Below are positions 16,923 through 25,996 of a stretch of 64,000 bases of DNA, piece after piece. Under the pieces are notes generated by a model. The model saw nothing but the letters and a program-made list of their open reading frames with translations, was not told the DNA's origin and made no database searches. Positions within the stretch are counted from its first letter, which is position 1. Every line of letters begins with the position of its first letter. This DNA is from an uncultured Kiloniellaceae bacterium. GTDB taxonomy: Bacteria; Actinomycetota; Acidimicrobiia; Spongiisociales; UBA11373. Both the position numbers and the translations under genes were made by a program. The stretch spans positions 2,058 to 66,057 of the forward strand of contig CAXMOL010000106.1 of the NCBI GenBank assembly GCA_964194935.1. Reading direction: 5' to 3'.

Positions 16923-18686
16923 ATGACTTGGGAGGCGTGGCTGACCCTTGGCGTGATCGCGATCACAGTCACGCTGTTGATCCTCGACCTAACCGCCCCT
17001 GCGGGAGTGGTTATGGGAGCCGTAGTCGCCTTGTTGGTGCTCGATGTGCTGGAGCCCGCACAGGCGTTTGCAGGATTTAGCAACGCCGCTCCGATCACCG
17101 TCGCCGCCTTGTTCGTCGTCGCGGCCGGCATCGAGAGGACCGGTGTATTGAACCGACTGGTCGACATCGTGGCTGGGCGGTCTGCTGGGGAGCGGATGAC
17201 GTTGGCCCGGTTGGTGGCGCCGTCGGCCGCAGCGTCTGCCTTTCTGAGCAACACCCCGATTGTGGCGATGCTTGCTCCAGCGGTGGGCCGATGGTCGGAG
17301 CGGGTTGGTCGCCCCGTCAGCCGGTTGCTGATGCCGCTCTCGTTTGCCGCGATCCTGGGCGGCATGGTCACCGTTATTGGCACTTCAACCAACCTCGTCG
17401 TCTCCGGCTTGTTGGAAGAGGCCGGTTTTGAGGCGTTCGGATTCTTCGAACTAGCCAAGCTGGGGCTGCCGGTGGCACTCGTTGGTCTCGTGTTCGTCGT
17501 GTTCGCCTCGCCTGTTGTGCTGCCGACCCGACGTTCGGCCCGGAGCGATATCGAGGACTCACGTGAGTACACAGTCGAGATGACGGTTGTACCGGAGGGA
17601 CCCGTTGACCGGATGACGGTCGAAGAGGCCGGACTGCGCCATCTCGCTGGTGTGTTCTTGGTTCAGGTTGAGCGTCAGGGCAATCTGGTGGGGGCGGTTG
17701 CTCCCGACTTCACGCTTCGCGGTGGCGACACGTTGCGATTCGTCGGAAACGCTCTCGAGGCTGCCGATCTGCAAGAGCGAGCCGGGCTCGTCCCGGCCGC
17801 CGAGACCGGCGGGGGCATCCCTCCGGGCCGGATGGCGTTCTTCGAGGCGGTGGTGGGTGCCGGATCGGCCCTCGTGGCCCGATCGTTGCGTGACATCGGA
17901 TTCCGCCAGCGGTATCGGGGCGCGGTTCTGGCGATTCATCGGGCTGATCAACGTGTGCTCGGCAAGCTCGGCGACGTCGAGCTACGGGTTGGTGACACCT
18001 TGCTGCTTCTCGCTGCACCGGAGTTCCGTGCCAGGTGGCACGGAACTGGGGACTTCCTGATGGTTTCACAGCTCGCTGGGACCGAGCCGGCCCGCTCTAC
18101 AAAGGTCGGCCCTGCTGCACTGGTCGGAGGCGCTGTGATCGGTACGGCCGCGACCGGGCTGTTGCCGATCCTTGAGGCATCGCTACTCGGGGCGTTCGCA
18201 ATGGTCTTGCTTGGAGTGCTGACTCCCAGCGAGGCGCGACGGGCAGTAGATCTAAACGTCGTGGTGTTGATCGCAGGTTCGTTCGGGCTCAGTGCCGCGA
18301 TTGCGGCTACCGGTCTTGCGGCGACGGCCGCCGATGGGTTGGTTGTAGCCCTCGATGGGTTGGGCACTCCGGCGGTACTGGTAGGTGTCGCTCTGCTGAC
18401 GCTTGTTTTGACTGAAGCGGTAACCAACAACGGGGCAGCGGTACTCGTGTTCCCCGTCGCGATAGCGGTTGCGGCGGAAGCCGGTGCCGATCCTCGTGCG
18501 TTTGCGGCGACCGTCGCGCTTACTGCCTCCGCCTCATTTCTTACCCCTATCGGATATCAGACGAACACGATGGTGTGGGGTCCCGGTGGTTACCGCTTCG
18601 GCGACTACTCGCGACTCGGCTTTCCACTAACACTGTTGACCCTCGCGGTGGTGGCCTTGGTGGCGCCTCTGTGGTGGTCGCTCTAG
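16923..18686 (+). CDS. DASS/SLC13-family anion:cation symporter with two internal TrkA-C domains
   Basis: About 590 aa. N-terminal and C-terminal transmembrane halves flank a central soluble region with two TrkA-C-like segments. The start is chosen at ATG MTWEAWLTLGV; the tracked ORF begins 69 nt upstream. Confidence 0.7.
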   Translation: MTWEAWLTLGVIAITVTLLILDLTAPAGVVMGAVVALLVLDVLEPAQAFAGFSNAAPITVAALFVVAAGIERTGVLNRLVDIVAGRSAGERMTLARLVAPSAAASAFLSNTPIVAMLAPAVGRWSERVGRPVSRLLMPLSFAAILGGMVTVIGTSTNLVVSGLLEEAGFEAFGFFELAKLGLPVALVGLVFVVFASPVVLPTRRSARSDIEDSREYTVEMTVVPEGPVDRMTVEEAGLRHLAGVFLVQVERQGNLVGAVAPDFTLRGGDTLRFVGNALEAADLQERAGLVPAAETGGGIPPGRMAFFEAVVGAGSALVARSLRDIGFRQRYRGAVLAIHRADQRVLGKLGDVELRVGDTLLLLAAPEFRARWHGTGDFLMVSQLAGTEPARSTKVGPAALVGGAVIGTAATGLLPILEASLLGAFAMVLLGVLTPSEARRAVDLNVVVLIAGSFGLSAAIAATGLAATAADGLVVALDGLGTPAVLVGVALLTLVLTEAVTNNGAAVLVFPVAIAVAAEAGADPRAFAATVALTASASFLTPIGYQTNTMVWGPGGYRFGDYSRLGFPLTLLTLAVVALVAPLWWSL

Positions 18687-19297
18687 AGACCGAACGAGTC
18701 GGCTATCAGTTCTTCGAGTTGGTCCTCATCTATCTGGCCGAAGATCGTACGGACGATGGCTCCGTCGGACGAGATGAGGTAGGTCGCAGGCAGGCCGGGT
18801 GATGGATAGCGACGTCCGACCCTGTCGTCCTCGTCGATTGCCAGTGGGTACGACACCCCGATTTCTGCTGCAAACTCTCGGGCCGCCGTGGGGTCGTCTT
18901 CGACGGCGACTCCCAAGAACAGGACATCGCGGCGAACCTTGGAGGCGGCATCAAATGCCGGCATTTCGGCGCGGCATGGTCCGCACCAGGACGCCCAGAG
19001 ATTGAGGATCACGGGACGGCCGTCGGAGGCGAGATGATCGGTGAGTCGGAAACTCGTTCCGTCGAGTAGATCTATCGAGAAGTCGGGTGCCGTCTCGCCG
19101 TTCTGAGTCGGAAGACCGAGTGCTTCGTCGAGATTGGGGTCTGAGCCATCCGAATCTGCGTTGCCGCCGAATAGAGCTATCCCGACCGCGATGGCGGCGA
19201 CAACGATGAGTGTCAGGGCACCGAATGGCCACCGGCGGGCTGGGGTGTGAGGGACCGAAGGCGCCTGTTCAGGGGCTTGGTCCTCGGTCGATTCCAT
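18683..19297 (-). CDS. TlpA/ResA-like thioredoxin-fold thiol:disulfide oxidoreductase (membrane-anchored)
   Basis: TM anchor then ...ILNLWASWCGPCRAEMP (WCxxC thioredoxin motif). Its stop overlaps the stop of the convergent transporter gene. Confidence 0.8.
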   Translation of the reverse strand: MESTEDQAPEQAPSVPHTPARRWPFGALTLIVVAAIAVGIALFGGNADSDGSDPNLDEALGLPTQNGETAPDFSIDLLDGTSFRLTDHLASDGRPVILNLWASWCGPCRAEMPAFDAASKVRRDVLFLGVAVEDDPTAAREFAAEIGVSYPLAIDEDDRVGRRYPSPGLPATYLISSDGAIVRTIFGQIDEDQLEELIADSFGL

Positions 19298-19463
19298 GGG
19301 CGCAGCGTACCGCCGCGTGGATCCAATTCAGCCGCACCGGAGCGCGTCCGTGTCGCCTATCGGTACCCGAGCTGAGCTGCCCCGGTCGTCGATGCACCAC
19401 TGGCGCAACCGACGGCGATTAACGAAACTTCCGCCGCCATGGCGACCAAGTGGCGTGGCATTG

Positions 19464-20411
19464 TTATAGCCCGATCTGGGGAACGATCTTTTCAATCGTC
19501 CGGGCGTTGCCCATCACGTAGAAGTGCACCGCCGGAACTCCATGCTCGAGCAGATCCCGAGTCTGTTCGAGCGCCCAGGCGGCACCTACGTCGCTCACCT
19601 GGTTGTCTTCGGCTGCGGCGACAGCCTCGGCCAATTCGACAGGTATCTCGCAGTAAAAGTTGCTCGGGATCGTGGTCAAATGGCGCTTGGTGGTCACGGT
19701 CTTGAGTCCGGGGATTATCGGAGCAGAGATCCCTTGGCTGCGGCACTCTTCGACCAGTTTGTAGTAGTGGGCGTTGTCGAAGAACATCTGAGTAACGACG
19801 TAGGACGCTCCGGCCTCAATCTTCTCCTTGACCCTGGCGACGTCGGCAGACATGTTGGGTGCCTCAAAGTGCTTCTCGGGGTACGCAGCCGCGCCGACAC
19901 AGAAGTCCGTGGGTGAAGCATCAAGAAGCTCTTCGAGGAAATCCCCCTGGTTCATGGCCCCGATCTGGGCGATGAGGTCGCTGGCGTGATCGTTGCGACT
20001 CCGACCGTGCTCGAGCGGCTTCTGGTATCCGGAGTCGTCACCCCTGATCGCCAGCACGTTGTCGATGCCGAGAAAATACAGCTCGATGAGGAAGTCCTCG
20101 GTCTCTTGGCGGGTGAACCCCTCACACAGAACGTGGGGCACGGCATCGATGTCGTACTTGTTCTGGATGAGGGCACAGATACCCAGGGTGCCGGGACGTT
20201 TGCGCTTTATTCGCTTCTCGACGCCCGCTGCTGTCTCCTCGTAGATCACCTCGGCTGCGTGGCTCGTGATGTCTATGAACGGAGGATTGAATTGGGCGAG
20301 ATCCTCGATGAGGCCCACCAGCGAGTCGAGGCGCCCGCCACGTTGCGGCGGGATGATCTCAAAGGAGATGAGCGGCTGTGTGGCGCTCTCGAGGTGTTCG
20401 ATGACTTTCAT
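19464..20411 (-). CDS. metF: 5,10-methylenetetrahydrofolate reductase
   Basis: 315 aa. ISFEIIPPQ...FIDITSHAA..., full-length MetF family similarity. Confidence 0.9.
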   Translation of the reverse strand: MKVIEHLESATQPLISFEIIPPQRGGRLDSLVGLIEDLAQFNPPFIDITSHAAEVIYEETAAGVEKRIKRKRPGTLGICALIQNKYDIDAVPHVLCEGFTRQETEDFLIELYFLGIDNVLAIRGDDSGYQKPLEHGRSRNDHASDLIAQIGAMNQGDFLEELLDASPTDFCVGAAAYPEKHFEAPNMSADVARVKEKIEAGASYVVTQMFFDNAHYYKLVEECRSQGISAPIIPGLKTVTTKRHLTTIPSNFYCEIPVELAEAVAAAEDNQVSDVGAAWALEQTRDLLEHGVPAVHFYVMGNARTIEKIVPQIGL

Positions 20412-20447
20412 GGCAGGCCTTACAGAGTACCCGGCGGAGTCGATCGA

Positions 20448-21605
20448 TCAGGTCAGAGAATCCCAGTCGATCGGCCCCGGGGGAAGCTTGCTGTCCATTG
20501 CCGGCATGGGGTATTTGAGACCGGACCCGCAATTGAACAAGACCGCTCGCTCCTCTTGATCTATCAAGCCCGATTGGACCGCCGCGGTCATCGCGGCGTG
20601 GGTGGCCGCACCTTCGGGAGACAACAGCAGACCTTGTTCACGCGCTACAGACTGTTGTGAATCGAGGATCGATTCATCGTCGACGGCGATCGCGAACCCA
20701 CCGCTTTCTCGCAAAGCGGACAGGATCAAGAAGTCACCTATGGCAGCCGGGACCCGGATCCCGCTGGCGATGGTCGAAGCGTCCTCCCAGCGTTCGGCGT
20801 GAGTGGCTCCTGCATCAAACGCCCGAACGATCGGGGCACACCCGGTCGACTGCACCGCCACCATGCGCGGCATCGGCCCATCGAGCCAGCCGATCTCGCG
20901 CAGCTCCTGGAATGCTTTCCACATGCCTATCAGACCGGTGCCACCTCCGGTCGGATAGAGAATCACATCCGGCAACTCCCATCCGAGTTGCTCGGCTAGC
21001 TCGAGCCCCATCGTCTTTTTACCCTCGATCCGGTAGGGCTCCTTCAGCGTGGAGACGTCGAACCAGCCCATCGGGTCCACACCTGCGGCAACGATCTTGC
21101 CGCAGTCGTCGATGAGACCGTCGACCCGCCACACCCGTCCGCCGTGGAGTGCGATCTCGCGCACATTTGTCTCGGGAGTGTCGGCCGGACAGAAGATGAA
21201 TGTCTCGATTCCGGCCCGCGCCCCGTAGGCCGCCAGGGCGGCTCCGGCGTTGCCGTTGGTCGGCATCGCCAGCCTTGTCAGCCCCAATTCGAGGGCCATT
21301 GAGACGGCGACGGCGAGACCGCGGGCCTTGAACGAACCCGTCGGGAGTCGGCTCTCGTCCTTTACGAGCACCGTTGTCGCAGCCTGGTCGCGGAGTCGTA
21401 TCAGTGGAGTCACCGGCTCGCCGAGCGACACGATGTTCGTGCGGTCCTGCATCGGCAGGAGTTCTCGCAGTCGCCACATGTCGTGTGGCCTCGTCGCCAG
21501 GTCGTCTCGGGTGAGGGTTTGGCGCGCCGCTTCGAGGTCGTATCGGACCAGCAGCGGTTTGCCGGTCTCCGAGAGGCCGTGCGGCTGGTTGGCCGGATAC
21601 CGCAT
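20448..21605 (-). CDS. Threonine-synthase-like PLP-dependent enzyme (fold type II; ThrC/cysteate-synthase family)
   Basis: ...VKDESRLPTGSFKARGLAVAVS... (PLP-lysine motif SFKxRG) and ...YPTGGGTGLIGMWKAF... The start is taken at ATG 21605 (MRYPANQ). The 440 nt upstream in the tracked ORF is Arg-rich junk that overlaps the neighbouring gene. Confidence 0.75.
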   Translation of the reverse strand: MRYPANQPHGLSETGKPLLVRYDLEAARQTLTRDDLATRPHDMWRLRELLPMQDRTNIVSLGEPVTPLIRLRDQAATTVLVKDESRLPTGSFKARGLAVAVSMALELGLTRLAMPTNGNAGAALAAYGARAGIETFIFCPADTPETNVREIALHGGRVWRVDGLIDDCGKIVAAGVDPMGWFDVSTLKEPYRIEGKKTMGLELAEQLGWELPDVILYPTGGGTGLIGMWKAFQELREIGWLDGPMPRMVAVQSTGCAPIVRAFDAGATHAERWEDASTIASGIRVPAAIGDFLILSALRESGGFAIAVDDESILDSQQSVAREQGLLLSPEGAATHAAMTAAVQSGLIDQEERAVLFNCGSGLKYPMPAMDSKLPPGPIDWDSLT

Positions 21606-21646
21606 CCCGGTGGCCGAGCATTCGAGGTGCGTGACGAGTGAGGCGG

Positions 21647-22687
21647 TCACGGCAGTTCGACCGTGGTGCGGCGTATCTCGACCCGGGCCAAGGCCTCGTC
21701 GTTCGGAATGGTGCCGATCCCCGGTAGCGGTTGAGGCGCGACGCGACCGGCCTCGAGCGTTGGATACTCCGCGATGTCGTTCGCCAGATAGGCGCTGGGG
21801 GGACCCACCGCGGCATCGACAACACCCGGAATTCCTGAGGCTGCCAGAAGGTGGAGCCGACCAATCGCGGTGTCGAACGTGCCTCCGATTCGAACGCCGA
21901 GGCCGTGTTCGACAGCCGCGGCGGTGATGCGTCCGAAGCTGCTGAGACCATGGCGGTTGAGCTTTATGGCCAAGACGTCGGCAGCTTCGGCGGCGATGAC
22001 CCGAGATGCCTCGACTTCGGAGGTGATCGCCTCGTCCACGCATACCGACATCGATACGGTCGATCGCAGCGAGCGGTGTGCCTCCAATGCCTCGGGTGGG
22101 AATGGCTGCTCGATAAAGGAGACTTCGGCGGCGTCGAGCTCAGCGAACACCGGATCAGCCGGGTCGCGATACGAGGCGTTGGCATCGACTCCTATGTCTA
22201 GATCAGGAAGAGCCTGCCGTAGAGCTGCGACCGGGGCAACATCGCGTTGGGGAGCGATCTTGAGCTTTATCGCCGAGATGCCATGAGTCTCGAGCCAGGC
22301 GATCTCGTCGGGGACTCGCTCTGGGTCGAGCAGGCCTATCGGGTGTCGGGCCGCCACGGATCGTCCGGTTGCACCGAGCCACTCGTGGAGCGGTACTCCC
22401 TCGCGTCGTGCCGCGGCATCGGCTCTGGCTGCCTCTAGAGCCGCGTGTGCGATCGGAGTGGATGGGCCTGCGCTGGACCATTCCTCCGGTTGGGCGAGAT
22501 CACGGAAAGCTTCATCCGCGGTCCCGAATCTCCCGGAAGGAAAGGCGGGAGCCTCGCCCCAGCCGATGGAGTCTGGAGTCTCGACGGCGACCAGAACAGA
22601 TCGGCGGCCGACCATTCTTCCGGCAGCCGTTTGCAACGGTCGGCGAAACGGGACGTCGATCTCTACGAGCGTGAGGCGCTCGCTCAA
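21647..22687 (-). CDS. Enolase-superfamily enzyme (MR/MLE: o-succinylbenzoate synthase / N-acylamino-acid racemase / dipeptide epimerase-like)
   Basis: ...HGISAIKLKIAP..., ...DLDIGVDANASY..., ...SFIEQPFP..., ...VCVDEAI... place the catalytic Lys and Asp/Glu metal ligands at MR/MLE positions. ATGA overlap with acnA. Confidence 0.7.
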   Translation of the reverse strand: MSERLTLVEIDVPFRRPLQTAAGRMVGRRSVLVAVETPDSIGWGEAPAFPSGRFGTADEAFRDLAQPEEWSSAGPSTPIAHAALEAARADAAARREGVPLHEWLGATGRSVAARHPIGLLDPERVPDEIAWLETHGISAIKLKIAPQRDVAPVAALRQALPDLDIGVDANASYRDPADPVFAELDAAEVSFIEQPFPPEALEAHRSLRSTVSMSVCVDEAITSEVEASRVIAAEAADVLAIKLNRHGLSSFGRITAAAVEHGLGVRIGGTFDTAIGRLHLLAASGIPGVVDAAVGPPSAYLANDIAEYPTLEAGRVAPQPLPGIGTIPNDEALARVEIRRTTVELP

Positions 22688-25353
22688 TGATCAGCGGCCA
22701 TGCGTCGCAGCACCATGTGGAGAATGCCGCCGTGGCGGAGGTACTCGACTTCCACCGGGGTGTCGACTCTGGCCACCGTGGCGAATTCGATCACTTCACC
22801 GTCGGCTCTCGTGGCTCGGACATTGATCTCTTGTCGAGGCGTCAGGTCATCGTCGACGGCGATGTCGTAGGACTCGGTTCCATCGATGCCGTATGTGGCG
22901 GCATTGGTTCCGGGAAGGAAGGTGAGGGGGAGAACCCCCATCATCACCAGGTTGGAGCGGTGGATCCGCTCGAATGAGTCGACGATGACCGCTCTCACTC
23001 CGAGCAGATAGGCGCCCTTGGCGGCCCAGTCGCGGCTCGAACCCATTCCGTAGTCCTTGCCGCCGATGACCAGCAGCGGAATACCGGCATCCCGATAGGA
23101 AAGCGATGCCTCGTACACCGTCTTGACGTTGTCGTCCGTGAAATCGGTCGTAAACCCGCCTTCGGTTCCTGGAGCCAACTCGTTGCGGATTCGTATGTTG
23201 GCAAAGGTGCCTCTGGTCATGACCAAGTCGTTGCCACGCCGCGATCCGTAGGAGTTGAACATGGATCGCTCGATCTGGCGATCGGCGAGGAACTGGCCGG
23301 CCGGAGTGTCTGGTCCTATGGCCCCGGCCGGGCTGATGTGGTCGGTGGTCACGGAATCACCCAGCTTGAGCAAGGCTCGGGCCCCTGCGATCGGGGCAAT
23401 CGGTGCCGGAACCTCGCCGAGATCGGCGAAGAACGGCGGTTCCTGGATGTAGGTGCTGGTTTCTTCCCAAGCAAAGAGGTCACCACCGGAGACTTCGATT
23501 GCTTTCCACTCGTCGGCCCCTTCGAACACGGCTCCGTATTGCCGGCTGAACTGATCGCTGGACACTGTGGCGGCGACGATTGCAGAGATCTCCTCCTGGG
23601 TCGGCCAGATATCCCGCAGTAGTACATCGTTGCCGTTGGAGTCCACTCCTATCGGATCGGTGGTGAGATCGATGTCCACGGTCCCGGCGATCGCATAGGC
23701 GACCACCAGAGGAGGCGAAGCAAGGTAGTTGGCCCTTACGTCTGGGCTGATTCGCCCTTCGAAGTTCCGGTTTCCCGACAGCACTGAGGCAACAACGACA
23801 TTGCCTTCGTGCACGGCGGCGCTGATCTCGGCCGGCAGTGGTCCAGAGTTGCCGATGCACGTCGTGCACCCGTAGCCGACAAGAAAGAAGCCGAGTGCTT
23901 CGAGGTCGGCGGTCAATCCGGCCGCTCCCAGGTATTCGGTCACGACCTTGGACCCGGGGGCAAACGAGGTCTTTACCCATGGTTTGCGGTTTAGTCCCTT
24001 CTCGCGGGCTTTGCGGGCGATAAGTCCTGCACCGACCATGACGTCCGGGTTCGACGTGTTGGTGCAGGACGTGATTGCTGCGATCACCACGTCACCAGTG
24101 GAGAGATCGAAATCGCCGTCAGCGCTGGAGACGGCGATCGGGTCGTCGTTGCGGTTGGCAAAGGTGGTGTCGAGGCCTGCTCTCCAGGTCTGTTGCATTG
24201 CTCCGAGATCGATCCGATCCTGCGGTCGCTTGGGACCGGCAAGCGATGGCTCGACCGTCCCCATGTCCAGCTCGACAATGCTCGAATAGGTGATGTCGTG
24301 TGACTCGTCTCGCCACAAACCCTGTAAGCGGTAGTACTGCTCCACGGTCTCGACGAGTGCTTCGTCGCGTCCGGTCAGGCGCAGGTACTTGGTGGTCTGC
24401 TCGTCTACCGGGAAGTAGCCGACGGTGGCTCCGTATTCCGGGGCCATGTTGGCAATGGTCGCCCGGTTGGCCAGTGGCATGTCGGCCAATCCCGCCCCGA
24501 AGAACTCGACGAATTTTCCGACGACGCCGTGGGCGCGCAGCATCTGGGTGACCCGCAGTACCAGGTCGGTGGCGGTCGTCCCCTCCGGAAGACTCCCGGT
24601 GAGACGGAATCCGACGACCTCGGGAACCAGCATGAAGATTGGCTGGCCGACCATCGCGGCCTCAGCTTCGATGCCGCCGACACCCCAGCCGAGTACTCCA
24701 AGACCATTGATCATCGTGGTGTGCGAGTCGGTGCCCACCAGTGAATCCGGGTAGAGGCGGCCATCTTCGTCCCACACCACTTTTGCCAGATATTCGAGAT
24801 TTACTTGATGGACGATGCCTGTGGATGGGGGCACCACTCGGAAGTTGGAGAAGGCCTGTTGTCCCCACTTGAGGAATTCGTACCGTTCTTGGTTTCGTTC
24901 GAACTCCCGGTCGCTGTTGATCTTTAGAGCGAGCGGTGAATTGAAGGCATCGACCTGCACCGAGTGGTCGATAACGAGGTCGGATTGCACCTGCGGGTTT
25001 ACGAGTTGGGCAGCGGACTCGTCTCCTGTCATACGGACGATCGCGGATCGCATCGCGGCGAGATCCACGACGGCCGGCACACCTGTGAAGTCTTGGAGTA
25101 CGACCCGCCCAGGACGGAAGGCAATCTCGGTCTCCTCGACTTTGGACGCGTCATAGCCGGCCAGAGCTTGTACGTCTTCATCCGTGATTGTGTGACCGTC
25201 GTGGTTGCGCAGCACGGCCTCGAGCAGCACCTTTATGGAGTAGGGGAGCGCGTTGATATCGGCGATGGTCGACAACGCACCGATGCGGAAGATCTCCCGT
25301 TGCCCGAGGGGCGTTTCGATCGTCTCCCGGGCGCTGAATGGGTCCTGCGTCAT
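22684..25353 (-). CDS. acnA: Aconitate hydratase A
   Basis: 889 aa with full-length aconitase A similarity, including the Cys ligand regions ...ITSCTNTSNP... and ...CTTCIGNSGP... and the C-terminal swivel domain. Confidence 0.95.
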   Translation of the reverse strand: MTQDPFSARETIETPLGQREIFRIGALSTIADINALPYSIKVLLEAVLRNHDGHTITDEDVQALAGYDASKVEETEIAFRPGRVVLQDFTGVPAVVDLAAMRSAIVRMTGDESAAQLVNPQVQSDLVIDHSVQVDAFNSPLALKINSDREFERNQERYEFLKWGQQAFSNFRVVPPSTGIVHQVNLEYLAKVVWDEDGRLYPDSLVGTDSHTTMINGLGVLGWGVGGIEAEAAMVGQPIFMLVPEVVGFRLTGSLPEGTTATDLVLRVTQMLRAHGVVGKFVEFFGAGLADMPLANRATIANMAPEYGATVGYFPVDEQTTKYLRLTGRDEALVETVEQYYRLQGLWRDESHDITYSSIVELDMGTVEPSLAGPKRPQDRIDLGAMQQTWRAGLDTTFANRNDDPIAVSSADGDFDLSTGDVVIAAITSCTNTSNPDVMVGAGLIARKAREKGLNRKPWVKTSFAPGSKVVTEYLGAAGLTADLEALGFFLVGYGCTTCIGNSGPLPAEISAAVHEGNVVVASVLSGNRNFEGRISPDVRANYLASPPLVVAYAIAGTVDIDLTTDPIGVDSNGNDVLLRDIWPTQEEISAIVAATVSSDQFSRQYGAVFEGADEWKAIEVSGGDLFAWEETSTYIQEPPFFADLGEVPAPIAPIAGARALLKLGDSVTTDHISPAGAIGPDTPAGQFLADRQIERSMFNSYGSRRGNDLVMTRGTFANIRIRNELAPGTEGGFTTDFTDDNVKTVYEASLSYRDAGIPLLVIGGKDYGMGSSRDWAAKGAYLLGVRAVIVDSFERIHRSNLVMMGVLPLTFLPGTNAATYGIDGTESYDIAVDDDLTPRQEINVRATRADGEVIEFATVARVDTPVEVEYLRHGGILHMVLRRMAADH

Positions 25354-25450
25354 GGGGTGGTCCTTCGTTGGCTCACCGCCGAGTCTACGAACACTTGGGT
25401 CTGAGGCGACATGGCACGCTGCGATCGGGTTGCGCGATTACGCTCAGTCC

Positions 25451-25996
25451 ATGGCAGTAATCATTGGCGTCGTTGCTGGTGTCCTTCTGTTGGGTGCCAT
25501 TGCGATCTATAACCGCCTGATCCGGCTTCGGAATCGAACAGACAACGCATGGTCCCAGGTCGATGTACAGCTGAAGAGGCGCTACGACCTGATCCCGAAT
25601 CTCATCGAAACGGTGAAGGGCTACGCCTCACACGAGCGCGAAACGTTTGAAGCCGTGGTCAGAGCCCGGGCTGCGGCTCAAGAGGCAGGCACGGTGGAGC
25701 AACAGGCCCAGGCGGAGGACTTCCTTACCGGGGCGCTGCGCAAGTTGTTCGCCTTGGCCGAGGACTATCCGGAGTTGCGGGCCAGCGAGAACTTCCGCAG
25801 CTTGCAGGCCGACCTGTCGGAGACAGAGAACAAGATCTCGGTCGCCCGACAGATCTACAACGACACGACCTTGTCCTACAACAACGCAGTGCAGACGGTC
25901 CCGTCGAATCTTGTCGCTGGGATGTTCGGGTTCGTAGCACGCGAGTATTTCGAGGTCGAGAACGATGCCCGGTCCGCTCCGGAGGTGAGCTTCTGA
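25451..25996 (+). CDS. LemA family protein
   Basis: N-terminal TM (MAVIIGVVAGVLLLGAIAIYN) followed by the LemA domain (...WSQVDVQLKRRYDLIPNLIETVKGYASHERETFEAV...). The start is chosen at ATG 25451 rather than the 25253 start of the tracked ORF. Confidence 0.85.
   Translation: MAVIIGVVAGVLLLGAIAIYNRLIRLRNRTDNAWSQVDVQLKRRYDLIPNLIETVKGYASHERETFEAVVRARAAAQEAGTVEQQAQAEDFLTGALRKLFALAEDYPELRASENFRSLQADLSETENKISVARQIYNDTTLSYNNAVQTVPSNLVAGMFGFVAREYFEVENDARSAPEVSF

Noticed and set aside
20448-22043. Full 531-aa extent of the tracked ORF for the threonine-synthase-like gene
   Set aside because: The first 146 codons are Arg/Gly/His-rich junk that overlaps the upstream enolase-superfamily gene. The conserved protein starts at ATG 21605.
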